Below, piece by piece: positions 34,945 to 49,532 of a stretch of DNA of 64,000 nucleotides. Position numbers and translations under genes: made by a program. The number at the start of each line of letters is the position of its first letter. Positions within the stretch are counted from its first letter, which is position 1. The notes under the pieces were generated by a model. The model saw nothing but the letters and a program-made list of their open reading frames with translations. It ran no database searches and was not told where the DNA came from. The stretch comes from Octopus sinensis (taxonomy: Eukaryota): positions 96,224,001 to 96,288,000 of the forward strand of contig NC_043002.1 in NCBI RefSeq assembly GCF_006345805.1. Direction: 5' to 3'.

Positions 34945-36105
34945 ATGCAGAGAGGACGGACGTTTTTGAAAACTTCATAAACTTATTAATTTTAGCTGCA
35001 AACAAATTTTATTGACATCAGCGTGTTCGTATATTGAATTAGCATCTGTTAAAATCAAGTGTGGAAAGCAACATCCATCATGTGGTGTCCATTTTCACTG
35101 ATGCATTTATGAAGGCGTTCTTTGAAGTTGACCTTCACTCTCTCCAGCATTGCTCTGTTGATGTGGGTAACTTCCACACAAATAGCTTCCTTCAAATCGT
35201 CCAGTGTACAGGGCTTATGCATATACACAAGTGTCTTGAGGCTTTCCCACAAGAAATAATCGTACATGGGCAAATCAGGGGATGAGGGATGGGGCAAGGA
35301 ATATCAGCAAACCAGGAAGAGAAGCTGTTACCGAAGAGAGGAGGAAGAATGACCATTGATGCTCTGATTGTGTGGGTCGTTGCCCCATCCTGCTGAAACA
35401 ACACATGTTGAATAGGCATATGTTTTCATTGAAATTCAGGCACAAAGAAGTTGTTTATCATTTTGATGTAATGCTCAGAGTTCACAGTAACTGCATTTCC
35501 ATTATTGTCTTTAAAAAATTTTAGGACCAATGACAGTGGCTTTTCCAGCAGCACACCAGACCATCACTATTGGGCTGTACAGTGGTCTTCCATGCAGTTC
35601 TCTCAGATTTCCAAGAGCCCAGTAATGACAGTTCTGTTGATTCACCATGCTGTTGAGATGAAAATGAGCTTAATATCTCATTAACAAAATGAGGTAGTCA
35701 TTTGCCTCAAAAATTGCTTCCATCTTATATACGAAGTTAAACCTCTGTACATAGTTCCATGGTTTCAACTATTGCCCAATGACCAATTTGTATGGGTGGA
35801 AATGCAGGTCTTCATGCAAAATATGCCTTACCGATCAATTACTAATGCGAAGTTCGGTGGAATGCCTCCAAGCAGAGCAATTCGGATTCCGTAACAAAGT
35901 TTGTCTGACATGTTCCACATTTTCTGGGGTCTGTACTGTTTGTGGTGCCTCCACCAGTCTCCATCATCCACAGCCCTATGGCTTCACCAGAAAAGGGAAA
36001 AAATGCTAAGACAGGATGGACCTAGTACCTGTTGGACATATACCCCTCCCCTTATGGCTGAGTAATAGCCATTTTAAAAACGTCCATCTACTCTGCCCCA
36101 CCCTG
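34945..36105 (-). mobile_element. Tc1/mariner (maT-like DDD) transposon relic
   Basis: FQQDGATTH and PSSPDLPMYDYFLWESLK..VY motifs; TIR CAGGGTGGGGCAGAGTAGATGGACGTTTTT at the 36105 end, with a partial match GCAGAGAGGACGGACGTTTTT at about 34947. Confidence 0.8.
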
Positions 36106-37597
36106 TATATATCTTATTCTCATGCATGAAAGCATAATACTTATGCATACATGAGAAAGAGAGGGGAGAATGAACGGATAGAGAACCTGATAGATATAGA
36201 GAATGAAAAGCAGAAAAATATAAATAAATAGAAAATTGAATCAAACAAGATAATGTGAACTTTTAGAAAAGGAGAGAGCAGACTGGTAAATTAATGAAAG
36301 TGTCATTGGCCTCTGCTGTTGTAGCTATCACAGCTGGAAATGTATAGGAATTGGTGGGTAGTAAAAGGAGAATGGGGGTAATACAGTTGAGTTAAAGGGA
36401 AAGGGAGTGTAATAAGTGTGAAAAACATGCTGGCATGTGTTTGAGTATACAATTGTATTCATTTCTTCAATTAACTTCCACCCCCAAATAAAATCACTTT
36501 AACCTAAAATGTATATGCATGCTTTCATCATTAAAACGATCCCTACTCAACAAACAATACTAGCAAAACATCTATTTACTGTTTAAAAATTTGTTTTCCA
36601 TATATGTTTATTTTTCTAAGTTCATCATGGAAATTTTCATTGAATTTTTTAATAGAAATGCTTATTCTATAGAGGTTTTCTACAGAAATTTTTACAATTT
36701 TTTCTTTATACATTGGTACATGCCTATAAGCAGACCATATAATTCCACCCCAAGTTCTCAATGGGATTCAAGTGAAGGCTGGGAATGAAAGATTTTTTCC
36801 ATCTGGGTAGCAACTCTTAAAATAGCTTCGAATTTGTATTTTGCATGCCACTGTATTATTCATCTGTAATATTTCAAAGGGGGGAGGGAGACAGCGAAGG
36901 AGGAGGGAGACTAAAGTGCATTCTTTTGCTAAAAATAAGTTTTATTTATTTATTTAATCCAAAGGATAAACCAAGCTAAAGCTGACAATAGATAAGTTTT
37001 TTATTCCACAACATAATTTTAGTGACTTCCACATTTCAACAGTGCTTTTCTCACAGTAAAACAATAGTTTTTCTTTAAATGACAGCAGTTATACATTTTC
37101 CAGATGCCTTCGCTAAGCAGAATAATGTCTTTGCCTCTTATTTCTTTACTACCCACAAGAGGCTACACACAGAGGGGACAAACAAACAGATTAAGTCGAT
37201 TATATCGACCCAGTGCGTAACTGGTACTTAATTTATCAACCCCGAAAGGATGAAAGGCAAAGTTGACCTTGGTAGAATTTGATCTCAGAATGTAACGGCA
37301 GACAAAATATCGCTAAGCATTTCGCCTGGCATGCTAACGTTTCTGCCAGCTCGCCTCTTGCCAACCTCCAATAACCTCTCTCACCAACTTCCAACAATTT
37401 TTCTTGCCAACCTTCGAAAACCTCTCTCGCCAACCTCCAACAATCTCTCCCTCCTCCAGCTGACAGTTTTTTGTACTTTTTCATGAGGGAAAATATACCT
37501 TTTGGGGCAGTTATAATGAAATTGTTTCTTATATCAGAGTAATAAGGTGTTTCAATAGAACATCTTTACCCCTGGGAATTACCGGGTACATCAGCTA

Positions 37598-37632
<35 letters not shown>

Positions 37633-37633
<1 letters not shown>

Positions 37634-38720
37634 GTGTTCAGAAAGTTTTATCTGAATAGATATAAAAACAAATGTAAATTACATTTATCTGAATAGTTTT
37701 AATCAAGAATGTAACCCCCGTCGTTTTCAGTGCCTGCAGCCCAATCGAAAAGTAACTTTTTTTTATGTCATGTTCAAAGAAACCTATTTCTTGCCCTCTC
37801 TTTCTAATGTTTTGCCTGTTACAAGATGTTCTAATGATTGGAACAGACAGAAATCTGTTGGTGTTAAGTCAAGTGAGCATGGAGGATGTGGAAGAATTTC
37901 CCATCCTTACAATCATATTTTTTTTTTAGTTTGTTTTGAAGAGTGTAGCCATGCATTGTCATGCTCGAGAATAACATCATTTCTGTTTACCAAAGTTGGC
38001 CACAACAACATAAATTTTCATTTACACAATCAAGTTGTTGGCAATAGACATCTGCATTGATAGTCCTTCCATGTTTCAATAGTTTGTAATGGATGATAAC
38101 CATTCATGTTCCACCAAACACAAAGCAAAGAGTTTTGTGGATGGAGTTCTTGTTCTGTCGTTGGCATGAGCTTCTCATTAAATAACTATCATTGTCTTTT
38201 TTATTTTCTGTTGTGATGCAAAACCCATTTCTCATCACCTGTAACAATATGCTGCAGAAATGAAAGATTGTTATTCCTGGTTAGAAGACTACCAGGAAAT
38301 GGTGGCACATTGTGTTCAGTTCTCAGGCATAATCTCATGTGGAACCCAAAATCCTTCTTTGCATGTTTTCCCAATTTGCTTGAGATGTTTGTGGAGAGTT
38401 GAACATGAAACATAAAATTTTTGTGCCAAATCTGTGGTGCTTTGATGTAGATCTGATAGGGTAATTTCATTCAAAAGGTTGTCGTTCAAAGTGCGTTGTC
38501 TTCCAGAGTGAGACTTGTCACTTATGTTACAATCGCTATCCATAAACCTTTTAAAACACAGCCGACATGTACATGCTTTCACTGCATCCAGATACACTTC
38601 ACAAATGTTTTTCATTGCTTCTGTAGTGGTACTTTTCTCTTGAAATTTATACAATAAGCAATGGCAAATATGTTGTTTCATAAAGTTCTTATCATCCATG
38701 GGAGTTAATTACCCAAATAA
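37633..38720 (-). pseudogene. mariner transposase relic
   Basis: HCLLYKF...NICEVY, SHSGR, WVPHE, IVTGDEKWV, HDNAWLH and HPPCSLDLTPTDF on the minus strand; multiple stops and frameshifts. Confidence 0.85.
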
Positions 38721-38856
38721 CTATGAATGACACTGCTGGATAGAAGAGATGATATACTATTTCTAGACAGTTCTTGCCCATTTGACCTTGGCTCTGATGT
38801 GATTAGTTGTTTCATATTTCATAGTGGTGAAGAAATGCAATTACTTTCCAAACACC

Positions 38857-38895
<39 letters not shown>

Positions 38896-39426
38896 GCACG
38901 CATGCACGCACACACACACACACGATTTGCTTCCTCACAGTTTACCAAATTCATTCACTTGACATTGGTTGATTCAGGGTTTCTATTTAGGCAAGTAAAA
39001 GACAATTGTTTAAGGTGCTGTGCAGTGGGACTGAACCCAAAACCATATAATTTCAAAGCACACTTCTTAACTACACAGCCATGCCTGCACCTATATGGTT
39101 AATATTTCATTTCCCAAATACTTCTTCTTTTGTAAGCTACTTCATTGGTGTGGATGATTGGTGCTTGATATTGCAAACATCTAATTATATCTCGATTATA
39201 TCTTGAAAGTTGTAGAAGCAGTAAGACTCATCATAGAAGAGAGCTCAGTGATTGTTATCTTTTGATACATAGTTACATCTTAGCCTTTTTTTTTATATTA
39301 ATTTATTTTTACATTCATTATTCATTAATTACAGAAATATGAAATATTAAATATGAAGTATGCAATATGGAATATTTGATTGTAATTCCTTTATATTCTT
39401 TGGTGTTCTATTGCAGATCAGCAAAT

Positions 39427-39723
39427 ATGTTACAAAATTCTTTAAGACCAAATTTATACAGCTTAACTTCAAAGATTATTTCGAAATCTGGGACTACACA
39501 AAAATGTCAGAAGAATGGCTCATGGTTGTTAAATCATGGCAAATATAAAAGTTGTTCATCTATTCCCATTTCGTGTTACCCATTTAGTACAACATGCTGT
39601 CTACAGCAGACTAAAGCGGGTATTATTGAAAGTGCATACAAACCACTAACTATACCTGACAATGTGGATTTTGGTTCTTTTATACTCTCTCATTTAGAAC
39701 AATACAAAGACAGGCCACTCATT
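39427..39723 (+). CDS. 4CL/luciferase-like acyl-CoA synthetase, coding exon 1
   Basis: Acceptor TTGCAG at 39415-39416, ATG at 39427, ends ...KDRPLI|GTAAGT (phase 0); IIESAYKPLTIPD resembles the usual family N-terminus. Confidence 0.8.
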
Positions 39724-41301
39724 GTAAGTATGAATATATATATTTTTACCTTTTTCCTTTTACTTGTTTCTATCTGTTTCTTTTTGCCAAACTGCTAGGT
39801 TGCAGGGATGGAAATGAATCAGGACCAGCTGTTAAATGGTAGTGGAGGACAAACACACACACTCGTGTATGTATGTATGTATGTATGTATGTATGGACGG
39901 ACAGCCGTATAAATGAATGAAGCATCTAAGTAAGTGTTGAATCTCTACCTTCCTCCTCACCCACACCTACATACTGCAGTGTAAGTCGTCGGTGGAGGTT
40001 TGATGTAGCACTGGAAGGGGTTTTCTGTTTGTTTATTATCCTTGTTGTATTACCACTGCAGGCTATAGACTCTGTGTGTGTGTGTTGTCTTCATTGCTAT
40101 CGTCATCCTCATTATTCTTATATAGTATTTTATTATACCGTGTTGCTACCATCACTTGACTTTAAGCTAATTATGAAGTAAAGGTATGTAATTAAAACTG
40201 ATAATTTGCATCTCAAGTCCAAGCACTGATCACCACTGATAGAAGATTTAATATCTTACTTATAAAGTCTGTATGGAGTGAAGGTGGTGGTTGTGGTGAC
40301 AACAGTGGCTGATTGCGATGATGGTGATGGTATATGAGTAGAGGTAATGGTTGAAGGTATTGGTGGTTCGGCAGTAGTGTTTCCCACTGGTGGTAGGAAA
40401 GTAATCTTTTTAGCAAAATTTATGGTTGAGAATCAAAGTAGGAGTCCTTTTTTTTTTTAAGTACAACAAATAAAATGTTTGAATGTCACTCAAAAGAACT
40501 GCAACAGCAACAACATTTCATTATGACCACCACCACCACCACCATTACCACTGCCACCAGCACCACTGTCACCAGCACCACCACCACTACCACCAGAGTG
40601 AGAGTAAGAGAGAGAAAGAGAGAGAGTGAGTGAAAGAGAGTGAGAGAAAGTGAGAAAAGAAAAAGAAAGTTGCCAAAGTGACACAGAGCTACTAGATTTA
40701 GGTTTTATGATACTTTAACTAAGCATATTTACAAAACTAGGCATGTATCTCCAAGCAATTTTTCAGCTTCTGTTTAAGCTTTATATATATTTTAAAAACA
40801 AGGATGCTGGACAGTCAGAAAATAGGAAAGAAACATGAAAAAAATACAAAAAATTGAATATGTATATATTGCATACACAGAGCCTGGAAGATTGCTTGGA
40901 GATACATGGCATATTTTATAAATACACCTAGTTAAAGTGCATTAAAAGCATGAAACTATTAGTAGCTTTTTTTGGTTGTGTATTAAAGGTTTATAATATA
41001 AGCTACTTTCTCAAAATACCATGCAATGGGACTAAATCTAAAACCTTGTGGTTGAGAACTAGACTTAAAAAACTAAGACACTAACAGATCAGTTCAACCT
41101 ATTCCAGAAGCGAAAAGTGGACATACATAAAATGATGATGATGGTTGGGTGGGGTTCATTGCTGCTGATGATAATGATGATAATGATAGTCATGGTGGTG
41201 GTGCTGGTGATGAAGGTAATGACGACGACAATGGCAATTATGATTAATTTTACATGTTGCTGTTTAATTAATCAATTTCTTTTTCTTTTCTAATTCAACA
41301 G

Positions 41302-41509
41302 GAAAATGGTTTGACTGGAGTTAAATATTCATATTCAGATGTAATTTCTAAGTCTTTAAAAGTAGCAAGTGCTTTTAAGAAATCTGGATATAAACCTGGA
41401 GATGTCATTGCAGTATTTTCTACCAATAATCCCGAATACTTGCTAGTATATATTGCAGCAGCTGCAGCTGGATTGACAACTACGACGATGAACTCAGCCT
41501 ATTCAGCAA
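41302..41509 (+). CDS. 4CL/luciferase-like acyl-CoA synthetase, exon 2
   Basis: CAG|GAAAAT; ENGLTGVKYSYSDV...ASAFKKSGYKPGDVIAVFSTNNPEY...MNSAYSA; donor GTATGG (phase 1). Confidence 0.9.
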
Positions 41510-42476
41510 GTATGGTCATTATTTTATATTTCACAGTTGCACTCTTATAGGCAGCAAGTTGGCAGAGTCATTAGAGCATTAGGTAGAATGCATTACAGTA
41601 TTCATTCCAGCTATTTGCATCCTGAATTTAAGTCACACTGATGATGACTTTAATCTTTATCCTTTCAAGGTTGATAGACATAATGTCAGTCTGGGGAAGT
41701 GAGGGTAGAGAGGGAAGTGCTGTCTCGCAGCAATTTTGTTAAAAGTTAGGTGAATGTTACAAGAATGGTGGCAAGCTGGCAGAAACATTAACATGCCAGG
41801 CGAAATGCTTAGCAATATTTTGTCTGTCTTTATGTTCAGATTCTACCAAGTTCAACTTTGCCTTTCATCCTTTTGGGGTCGATAAATTAAGTACCAGTTG
41901 CATACTGAAGTCGATCTAATCGACTGGACCCCTCCCTAAAAATTTTGGGCCTTGTGATTAGATTAGAAAAAAATGTTACAAGAATAGTGCAGTTGAACAG
42001 GCCTACTCTAAGTATGTGCTTGTAGGAGAGGGCTCTGGCTCGAGTGGTCAGGGTAGCAACCCTAAGAATTCACCCTCTTTTGGGGAATTATTCATTGTTA
42101 TAATTTCATTGTGTTACTGTTTTTGTACTTTTTGCATGCTTTTTATGTAATCACACATTGTATTGTCCCGTACTGTCCCCAATGTTTTTTGTGAACACTT
42201 CGCAGTTCATAAGAAAACATTATTAGTATTATCCTTATTATTAAGGTGGCAAGCTGGCAGAAACATTAGCACGCTGGGTGAAATGCTTAGCAGTATTTCA
42301 TCCGTCTTTACATTCTGAGTTCAAACTGCGCTGAGGTCAACTTTGCCTTTCATCCTTTCAGGGTTCATAAATCAAGTACTAGTTGTGTACTGGGTCAATC
42401 TAATCGAGTGCCCCCCACCCACCATCCCCAAAAATTTTGGGCCATATGCCTAGAGTAAAAAAGAATATTATTATTA

Positions 42477-42553
42477 TTAGTAGTAGTGATGGTGGTAGTG
42501 GCAGCAGCAGTAGTGGTGGTGAAAGTAGTAGTAGTGGTAGTAGTAGTGTTAGT

Positions 42554-42603
<50 letters not shown>

Positions 42604-42690
42604 CAGCAGCAGCAGCAGCAGAGGCAGTAGTAGCAGTAGTAGCAGCAGTAGTAGCAGTAGTAGTAGCAGCAGCAGCAGCAGCAGTAAGGT
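42477..42690. repeat. compound (AGT)n/(AGC)n microsatellite
   Basis: Direct reading; produces spurious poly-Ser, Thr, Val and Ala ORFs. Confidence 0.95.
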
Positions 42691-44106
42691 GGTGAGCAGG
42701 CAGAATTGCTTCCATGCCAGACAAAATGCTTAATAGCCTTTCTTCCAACTTCAGGTTCTGAGGCCAAATTCCATTGCAGTTAATTTTGCCTTTCATCCTT
42801 TCAGGTTTGGTAAAATAAGCTGACCACTGGAATCCAGTCCTCTTACATTAACCACTATACTCAGTCTTTTCTTTCCGGAATATGTGTATAAGCAGACAAG
42901 GAATAAAACCTGTGGATAAATGTTAGAGTTTTTGAATTGTTTCATGGGGGCACCAGCACACATGTGTGAAAGCCAGGACAGATTTTCTCTCTCTATGTGT
43001 TTTTCTTGCAAGCATTGACTTGCAATAGTTTAATGCTTTTGTTACCAACCTACTTAAAACTGGATATTGTGCCAAGATAAACTTTCTTGTTTCTAAGTGA
43101 CCTAAATTAAGACCTCCCTTTGAAATTCTATGTTAATTTATGTCCCAAACATTAGCTTAATACTCATCATCATCATCATCATCATCATCATTGCTTAACA
43201 TGGTTCTTTGCAAGGTCACTGAGACATGGGAGGGAGAGAAAAAGTTGTGCTCACACTGGAGACCTGATTTGAATGCTTGTAGCACTATGGTCTCTGCTAA
43301 AGATACCCAAAAGCCAGGTAATGGCGTTAAACTGGGTGACAGATTTAGTTTACCACCCAATTAGGTGCAATCAGAATGCAAAAGGCTGGAACAACTACCA
43401 CAAGGTATCTCTGCTACTCTAATGTTTCTGCCAGTCCACCACTTTATACTGGGACTTTGATTGATTAGTTTACTTAATGACTAAGTGATTGCCATGACAG
43501 CTTTGTTACTTAGTAGAAATGGGACACTGAGACACCATGGTAAACAACCTGTTTATACAATTTAAAGAAGGGGCCTTGACATTATTGTCGAATGTGCTGG
43601 AGAAAGCGACCAAATCTACCTCATTTCACACCATACATATATGTATGAACCTCTTCATGGTCACTCAATTTGCTAAAAATAGCAGCCACATCTCCCTTAA
43701 ACCACATATTCCTACAATATTGGGATGGGACACCTTTGATTACAGGCCTGTTGGATTGACGTTGACCTGAGGCTAAGCAATAATATCACCAACAATACCA
43801 TATTTATACTTATGGTACATTGTTCTTTTATCGTTTATATAGAATAATTTTTTCGAGCTAGTATAGTGTTAAATTCTGTATATACTGGATATTGACTGGA
43901 ATGTCCAATGACTAGGAAAGGTAGAGAATATATTGTTGAAATAGAGTTTGAGTTGCTCAAAAGAAATTCTCTAATTTTCTACCTATTCACACCTGTTACA
44001 GGTTTCCAATTGAATGTTGTTTTATTCATATAGAATCAAATACCAAAATTTTAAGACCAAAATGTTGTTTGCAGAAATTATTTAGAAACTTGTCTTTGTT
44101 TTGTAG

Positions 44107-44219
44107 AGGAGTTGAAATTTCATTTGGAGAATTCTGAGTGCTGTGCAATAATAACTACAGAAGAGTTGGTATCAACGGTTAAGGAGGCTGTGGGTACCAG
44201 TGAAACTGTTAAACTGAAG
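44107..44219 (+). CDS. 4CL/luciferase-like acyl-CoA synthetase, exon 3 (absent from the ORF track)
   Basis: TTGTAG|AG GAG TTG...; (K)ELKFHLENSECCAIITTEELVSTVKEAV...LK|GTCTGT; bridges phase 1 to phase 0 exactly. Confidence 0.85.
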
Positions 44220-46559
44220 GTCTGTGTATCATTTAAGCTTACTTGATAACATCATATCATTTTCATAATTGTAAAGAGAAAGGAAGAAAATATCAAAACA
44301 GTATTATGAATCTGTAAGGTAGACCACAAGAAATTAAATTACTGTGGCAGATAGAAATAAAGGACTTACATTCCTGAAAGAAGACCCATTTTTGTTATAT
44401 GATGGAAAAAGATATATACAACTGAAAAGCTGGAAGGAAATGAATTGCGAACTCTTAGCAAATAGGTGCTGGCATAGATGTATTGTTAAAACATATTCCA
44501 ACCTCTGGTCCTCAACTATACTGTCTCCTGTTTCTATTCACTCACAGACACACTCCAGCTTCTCACCCACAGGCATGCTATCTCCTCTCTATTGCTACAA
44601 TACTGACCTCTGTTCCTCGGAGTTAGCTGCTCTTGTACTTCCTCAACTCAGGTACTCCTGACACATTCATCTTTCTGCCCCTCATCTCTTTGTTGTACCC
44701 ACTCCCCCAGGCCCTGCACTAACCACTATACTTAGTCTTTCCTCTCTAGTCAATCTGACTGTGCAGACTAAACTTTGGACAAGTATCTAATGCCATAGCT
44801 TTGGGTTGATCAATGCTTTGTGAATAGTATTTGCTAGACAGAAACTGTATGGAAGACTGTTGTATATAATGTGTGTGTACCTTTCACTGATGTATATCAG
44901 TGTAAGATAAAGACATTGTTGAGAAAACAAAAGAAATGAACAGTGCTTTACAGACAAAGTCTGTGAAGGTAATATTTGTATCAAGTTCTATACACCATTA
45001 TCATTCTTGCTTTTTGTTAAGAGAAATATAGTGAACCAGTGATTAGCTAATTGGAAAGCTGTAACACATAATAACACCATGTTCACAAATTATAATATAA
45101 AATAAATGAAAACTAAAATAAATAAATTTCACTATGTAACAAAATTTTAATTGATTTTATTTTTGTCTTTGGTCAGTAAGTGTTATTTCCTATTTGCTTC
45201 TATCTAGAAATAAAAGGAAATGACTACTGTTCCCTTCAAACTTGACCTGGACATCAATGTTTCAAAACTGACCTATTTTCCATTAGATTTCAGACAGATT
45301 CAGGGCTGAGTTGCTGAAATAGAAATATCGTTATAGCAAATATTCTGCTCAACACCACAGATTTGCTTGTCAGTTGTTTGACCTTAACCACTTGAGCATG
45401 TCCCTTAGTGGTTGATAATATGTACATCTCTGATCATGAGCAGGAGTAGTGGTGGGAGCATCATAGCCAAGTGTTGAGAGGGATTCTTTGGGGTTTGAAT
45501 AAATGTAACAAAAGCAAAGTTTGGGGGAAATATTAGCCGTTTTTCATGCTTTGTAGGGGTAAGCAAATAGAAAATAGCAGTCGTTACCCAAGGACAAAAA
45601 TCATGTTACACAGTGTTATTACCTTAATAAATCAACTGACCTAAATAAGTTTGTATTATCACAAATGCTCACCTCTAGGAAAAGGCATTTTGAAGACTTT
45701 TTCAGCTCATATAAACCTCATCATTTTCACATCAACTTTTCCATGCTTGCTTGAATTGAATGGGTCCTATCTTACCATTTACTGTATTCCTTGTCATTGC
45801 CTTTGTGAAGTTCAACGTTTTGAGATCAGCTACCGCTACCTCTGCCCATATGTTCCTGGGGATTTTTCTTCTATAATTACCTTCCACTTGGAGTACTTTT
45901 CTACCCATTTATGATCATCCATATACATTACATGTCCGCACCAGCACAATGATATCTCTTGTTCATTATATCTGATTCATTTTATTCATCTTATGTTCAA
46001 TTTATTTCTCAGCTTATCTGTGCCATATCACTTGTGCACCCTAACATTACACATCTAGCAAAGCATACTTACTTCATTTCTCTCCAGCCTTTACACATCC
46101 TCTGCATTCATTGCCAATATGCAACATCAGTCTCTGTATGCAAACAACATTCAATCGACGCTTCAGTCAAAAAGAAATTTTTCATACCCTGCTCTTATAT
46201 TGGTTACTATGCTTTTAGAGCAACATACCCCACAACTGGTTAGGTCATCTTAGTAATATATTATTTACTACTTCTTGCAAGTATTGTAAACAATTTATTT
46301 TTGTACTGGAATAGTTAACTCTGTTAATTGTTTCTGTACATATCAACATAAATAATATCAGCTGTTACAATATATATTGCTGTAACTAATGTTATTGCTT
46401 CTGCTACCACAGTTGATACTACCTGCTGTTCTTTAATCCAGAACATATGTTTGAAACTACAAAGTACTAGGACTAAATAATCAGAAGCAAAATATGTTAA
46501 ATTGATGTACTTAATCTTTAACATACCAAAGAAAGAGATGAATAAAATCTTCCCTCCAT

Positions 46560-46621
<62 letters not shown>

Positions 46622-47343
46622 ATTACATTCGCTTGATTTCTCATCTTTAATCTCCACTTTGCCTCACTCTGTTCTCTTTATTACTTTCTCCAATATTTCG
46701 TACTCACAACTGCACCCACTGGGACACTCTCTCTGTTCATTTTTGCAGCAGACATCAACCTAATGCATTGACCTTTGTGAGGGCCTTCACTGATCATAAA
46801 TGCCAACTCTCCTACTCCAATTTATTAATTTGAAAAGTATAACACTATATATATATATTTATTAATCGAAGTGTACATTGTTATATATTCATTACAGCCA
46901 ATCTTACCAATAAGTTTCTCACTTAGGGGTTCACTGGGGTGTTAGGTAACAGCCCATTTATGTAACCCTGCCATCTTCATGGGTAGCGATTATGGAATGA
47001 AATATTGTGACTGCTCTCTGTTGTTAGAAGTGAACAGACACATCCAATTTGTGGTTGCTGTGGAAAGACAGTGAACCGAATCAAGCAGGGGATTAAATTA
47101 AGAGTTATGTCCCTTAGTATCAAAACGTCATCTGGGGTCGGGGTTTGTTGCAAGTCAGCAAGAGTTTTCTGGAAATGAGTTCATGGGAAATGTTTATCTT
47201 TAAATCTGGTGTTCATGTGGAAATGGAACATGTGGTACTTTGCTTATTGCAGCAGTCCTTCAGTTTTCTAAGGCTTGGAAGGTTGGACCTCCAATTAGGC
47301 CTTTTGCAATCCCTTCAAAGCTAAGAACTGTTCAGCACACCCT

Positions 47344-47374
<31 letters not shown>

Positions 47375-47634
47375 ACGTGCGTACGTATGTATGTATGTCT
47401 GTCTGTCTGTCTGTCGTAGAAGTCAACTCATGATTAAGTAGGTTCACTTGTACATGCAAATATTCCAAGAATCCAAAAGGTTCTTGTGTGTGAATTTGTT
47501 TTGTGTGGATAAAATGTTGCACAGCACTGAACCTACTTTGTGGCACAACAGAGATTAAGATGACCAGAAACCAACTGCATTTCAAGTATATGAGTTTATC
47601 TTCTAGAAATAAGCAGAGAGATATATTCTTTCTA

Positions 47635-47701
47635 CATGTAAATACTGAACAATATATTTAAAGGACAAAATCCTTTATATATACTGTTCAGTATTTACAT
47701 G
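47635..47701. other. near-perfect 67-nt hairpin in intron 3
   Basis: CATGTAAATACTGAACA/TGTTCAGTATTTACATG (17 bp), ATATA/TATAT, TAAAGGA/TCCTTTA and a 5-nt loop CAAAA. Confidence 0.85.
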
Positions 47702-48075
47702 TTGAAAAAATTATATCTTTCTTCTTATTCTGCAATACATTTCAACACTTCAAAAACAAACTTATGTTTGTTTACTTATGATGTATTTTAGAAATAAGTT
47801 CTAACAAGAGCTAATGATCCTTCACTCCCAGTGGTTCATATGCTAGTTAACTCAAGGACAGGGCCCTAACAAATGCTATTATTCTGGATCAAAGTAGACC
47901 CTGGAACAATAATGGATAAGAAGTGGTTTCACATTCCTCAAAACACTAGAAATGGCCATACCAGAGTTCCATTACTAGATGCATGCATACATATGTACGT
48001 ATGTACATACATGCATACATACATACATACATACATACATACATACATGCATACATACATACATACATACATACA

Positions 48076-48106
<31 letters not shown>

Positions 48107-49532
48107 TGTTGTGTACAGTTTAGTTAGATGCAGTTTTTTCTATGTAGAACACCAAAGCTTCCTATATGTACTCACAGAGAATACCTGTAGTGTGTAGTAA
48201 ATATACAAATATATATATATAACTGCCAGGAGTTTAGATACAACAAAAGGTAGTAGACTTTCTTTGTTGCTGTTATTGATTCAAAAGACTGGAGTAATGT
48301 GAAATGAAGTGTTTTGTTTAAAAACATTATACATTGCCTGGTCTGAGAATTGGAACTTCACTCTTACAATTGTGTGTCTAATACTCTAACTCAGTGGTTC
48401 TCAACTAGGGTCCATATGGCCCTTGGGGTTCCATATAAGATTTCATTGTTAAAATTTATGTGTAATGAATTGGTTATACTTCTGCAGTACACAAAATATT
48501 TTAAAGGGGTCCATAGGTGAAAAATGGTTGAGAAGCAATTGTTAGGGTCTAACCATTAAGCTACACACATGTACATCAATTTATGACTTATGCCATATGG
48601 TGACCATTTAACTTTGTGTTGTTGGAAACGACTGTCATGTCTTCATTGATCGACAGTGTTGATGTTTCTGTTGATGGAGTCAATGTGTGGATGACACCTG
48701 GGTTTACTTTGTGTACAGATGACACCTGGATGAATGGAAGGTTAAGAGAGAGTGAAGAGTAGTATCATATGCTTAAGATTGTTATTAAAAGTGACAGCAA
48801 GAGAGTTATTGATGTACTGAAGGAACAGTGTGGTATATGTAATTAATCAAAATAGGTAGTCAATCCATAGGTAAACGAAACAGGGGTCAAGTGCAACGAT
48901 ATTGTTTTTGTCAAATTTCTCCAGTGTGAAGGACCTCATGGAAATGAAAGTATTTGGTAAACTTAGTTCTGCTGAAGACATACTATTGGTCATGAAGAGG
49001 TAGAGAAAACAAAGTTTTGAAAGAGATGATAGTTAACAAATGTTTCTGATTTCTTTGAGATATTAGAAAATAGAAAGGGTAAGTTAATACGCTGTCAGGA
49101 TCAGTGAAGTCACTCATCATCTTTGAAATGTTCACAGTGAAGGCAACAAGTTGGTAGTTAGCAAGGTCAGAGGTGTTGCTTTTTTTCTGAATAGGATATG
49201 CTGTAGTGTATCTTCAAAGAAAGAGAGAGAGAGATTTAAAAGTTTGGTGCGGGTAGGAGTACACAGTTTGATGGTGATGGAAGGAATGCTTTAAAACCAA
49301 TCACCTTGTTGTAGTGAAAAGATCTAGTTTTTTCACTTGTGGAAAGATTTGGGGTAGGAAGAAAGAATTTGAGTGAAATTTTGATGAGTGCATGCAGTGT
49401 GGTATTAGAAAACAACTTTGGATCGAAAAGTGATGGAGAAGAAAATTCTGCACAGAATTCTTTTGATATAGATCTACTGAACAACTTTGCATGGCCTTTC
49501 AGTCTTATTTCATGAGCCTATTCTTCTTCCAG

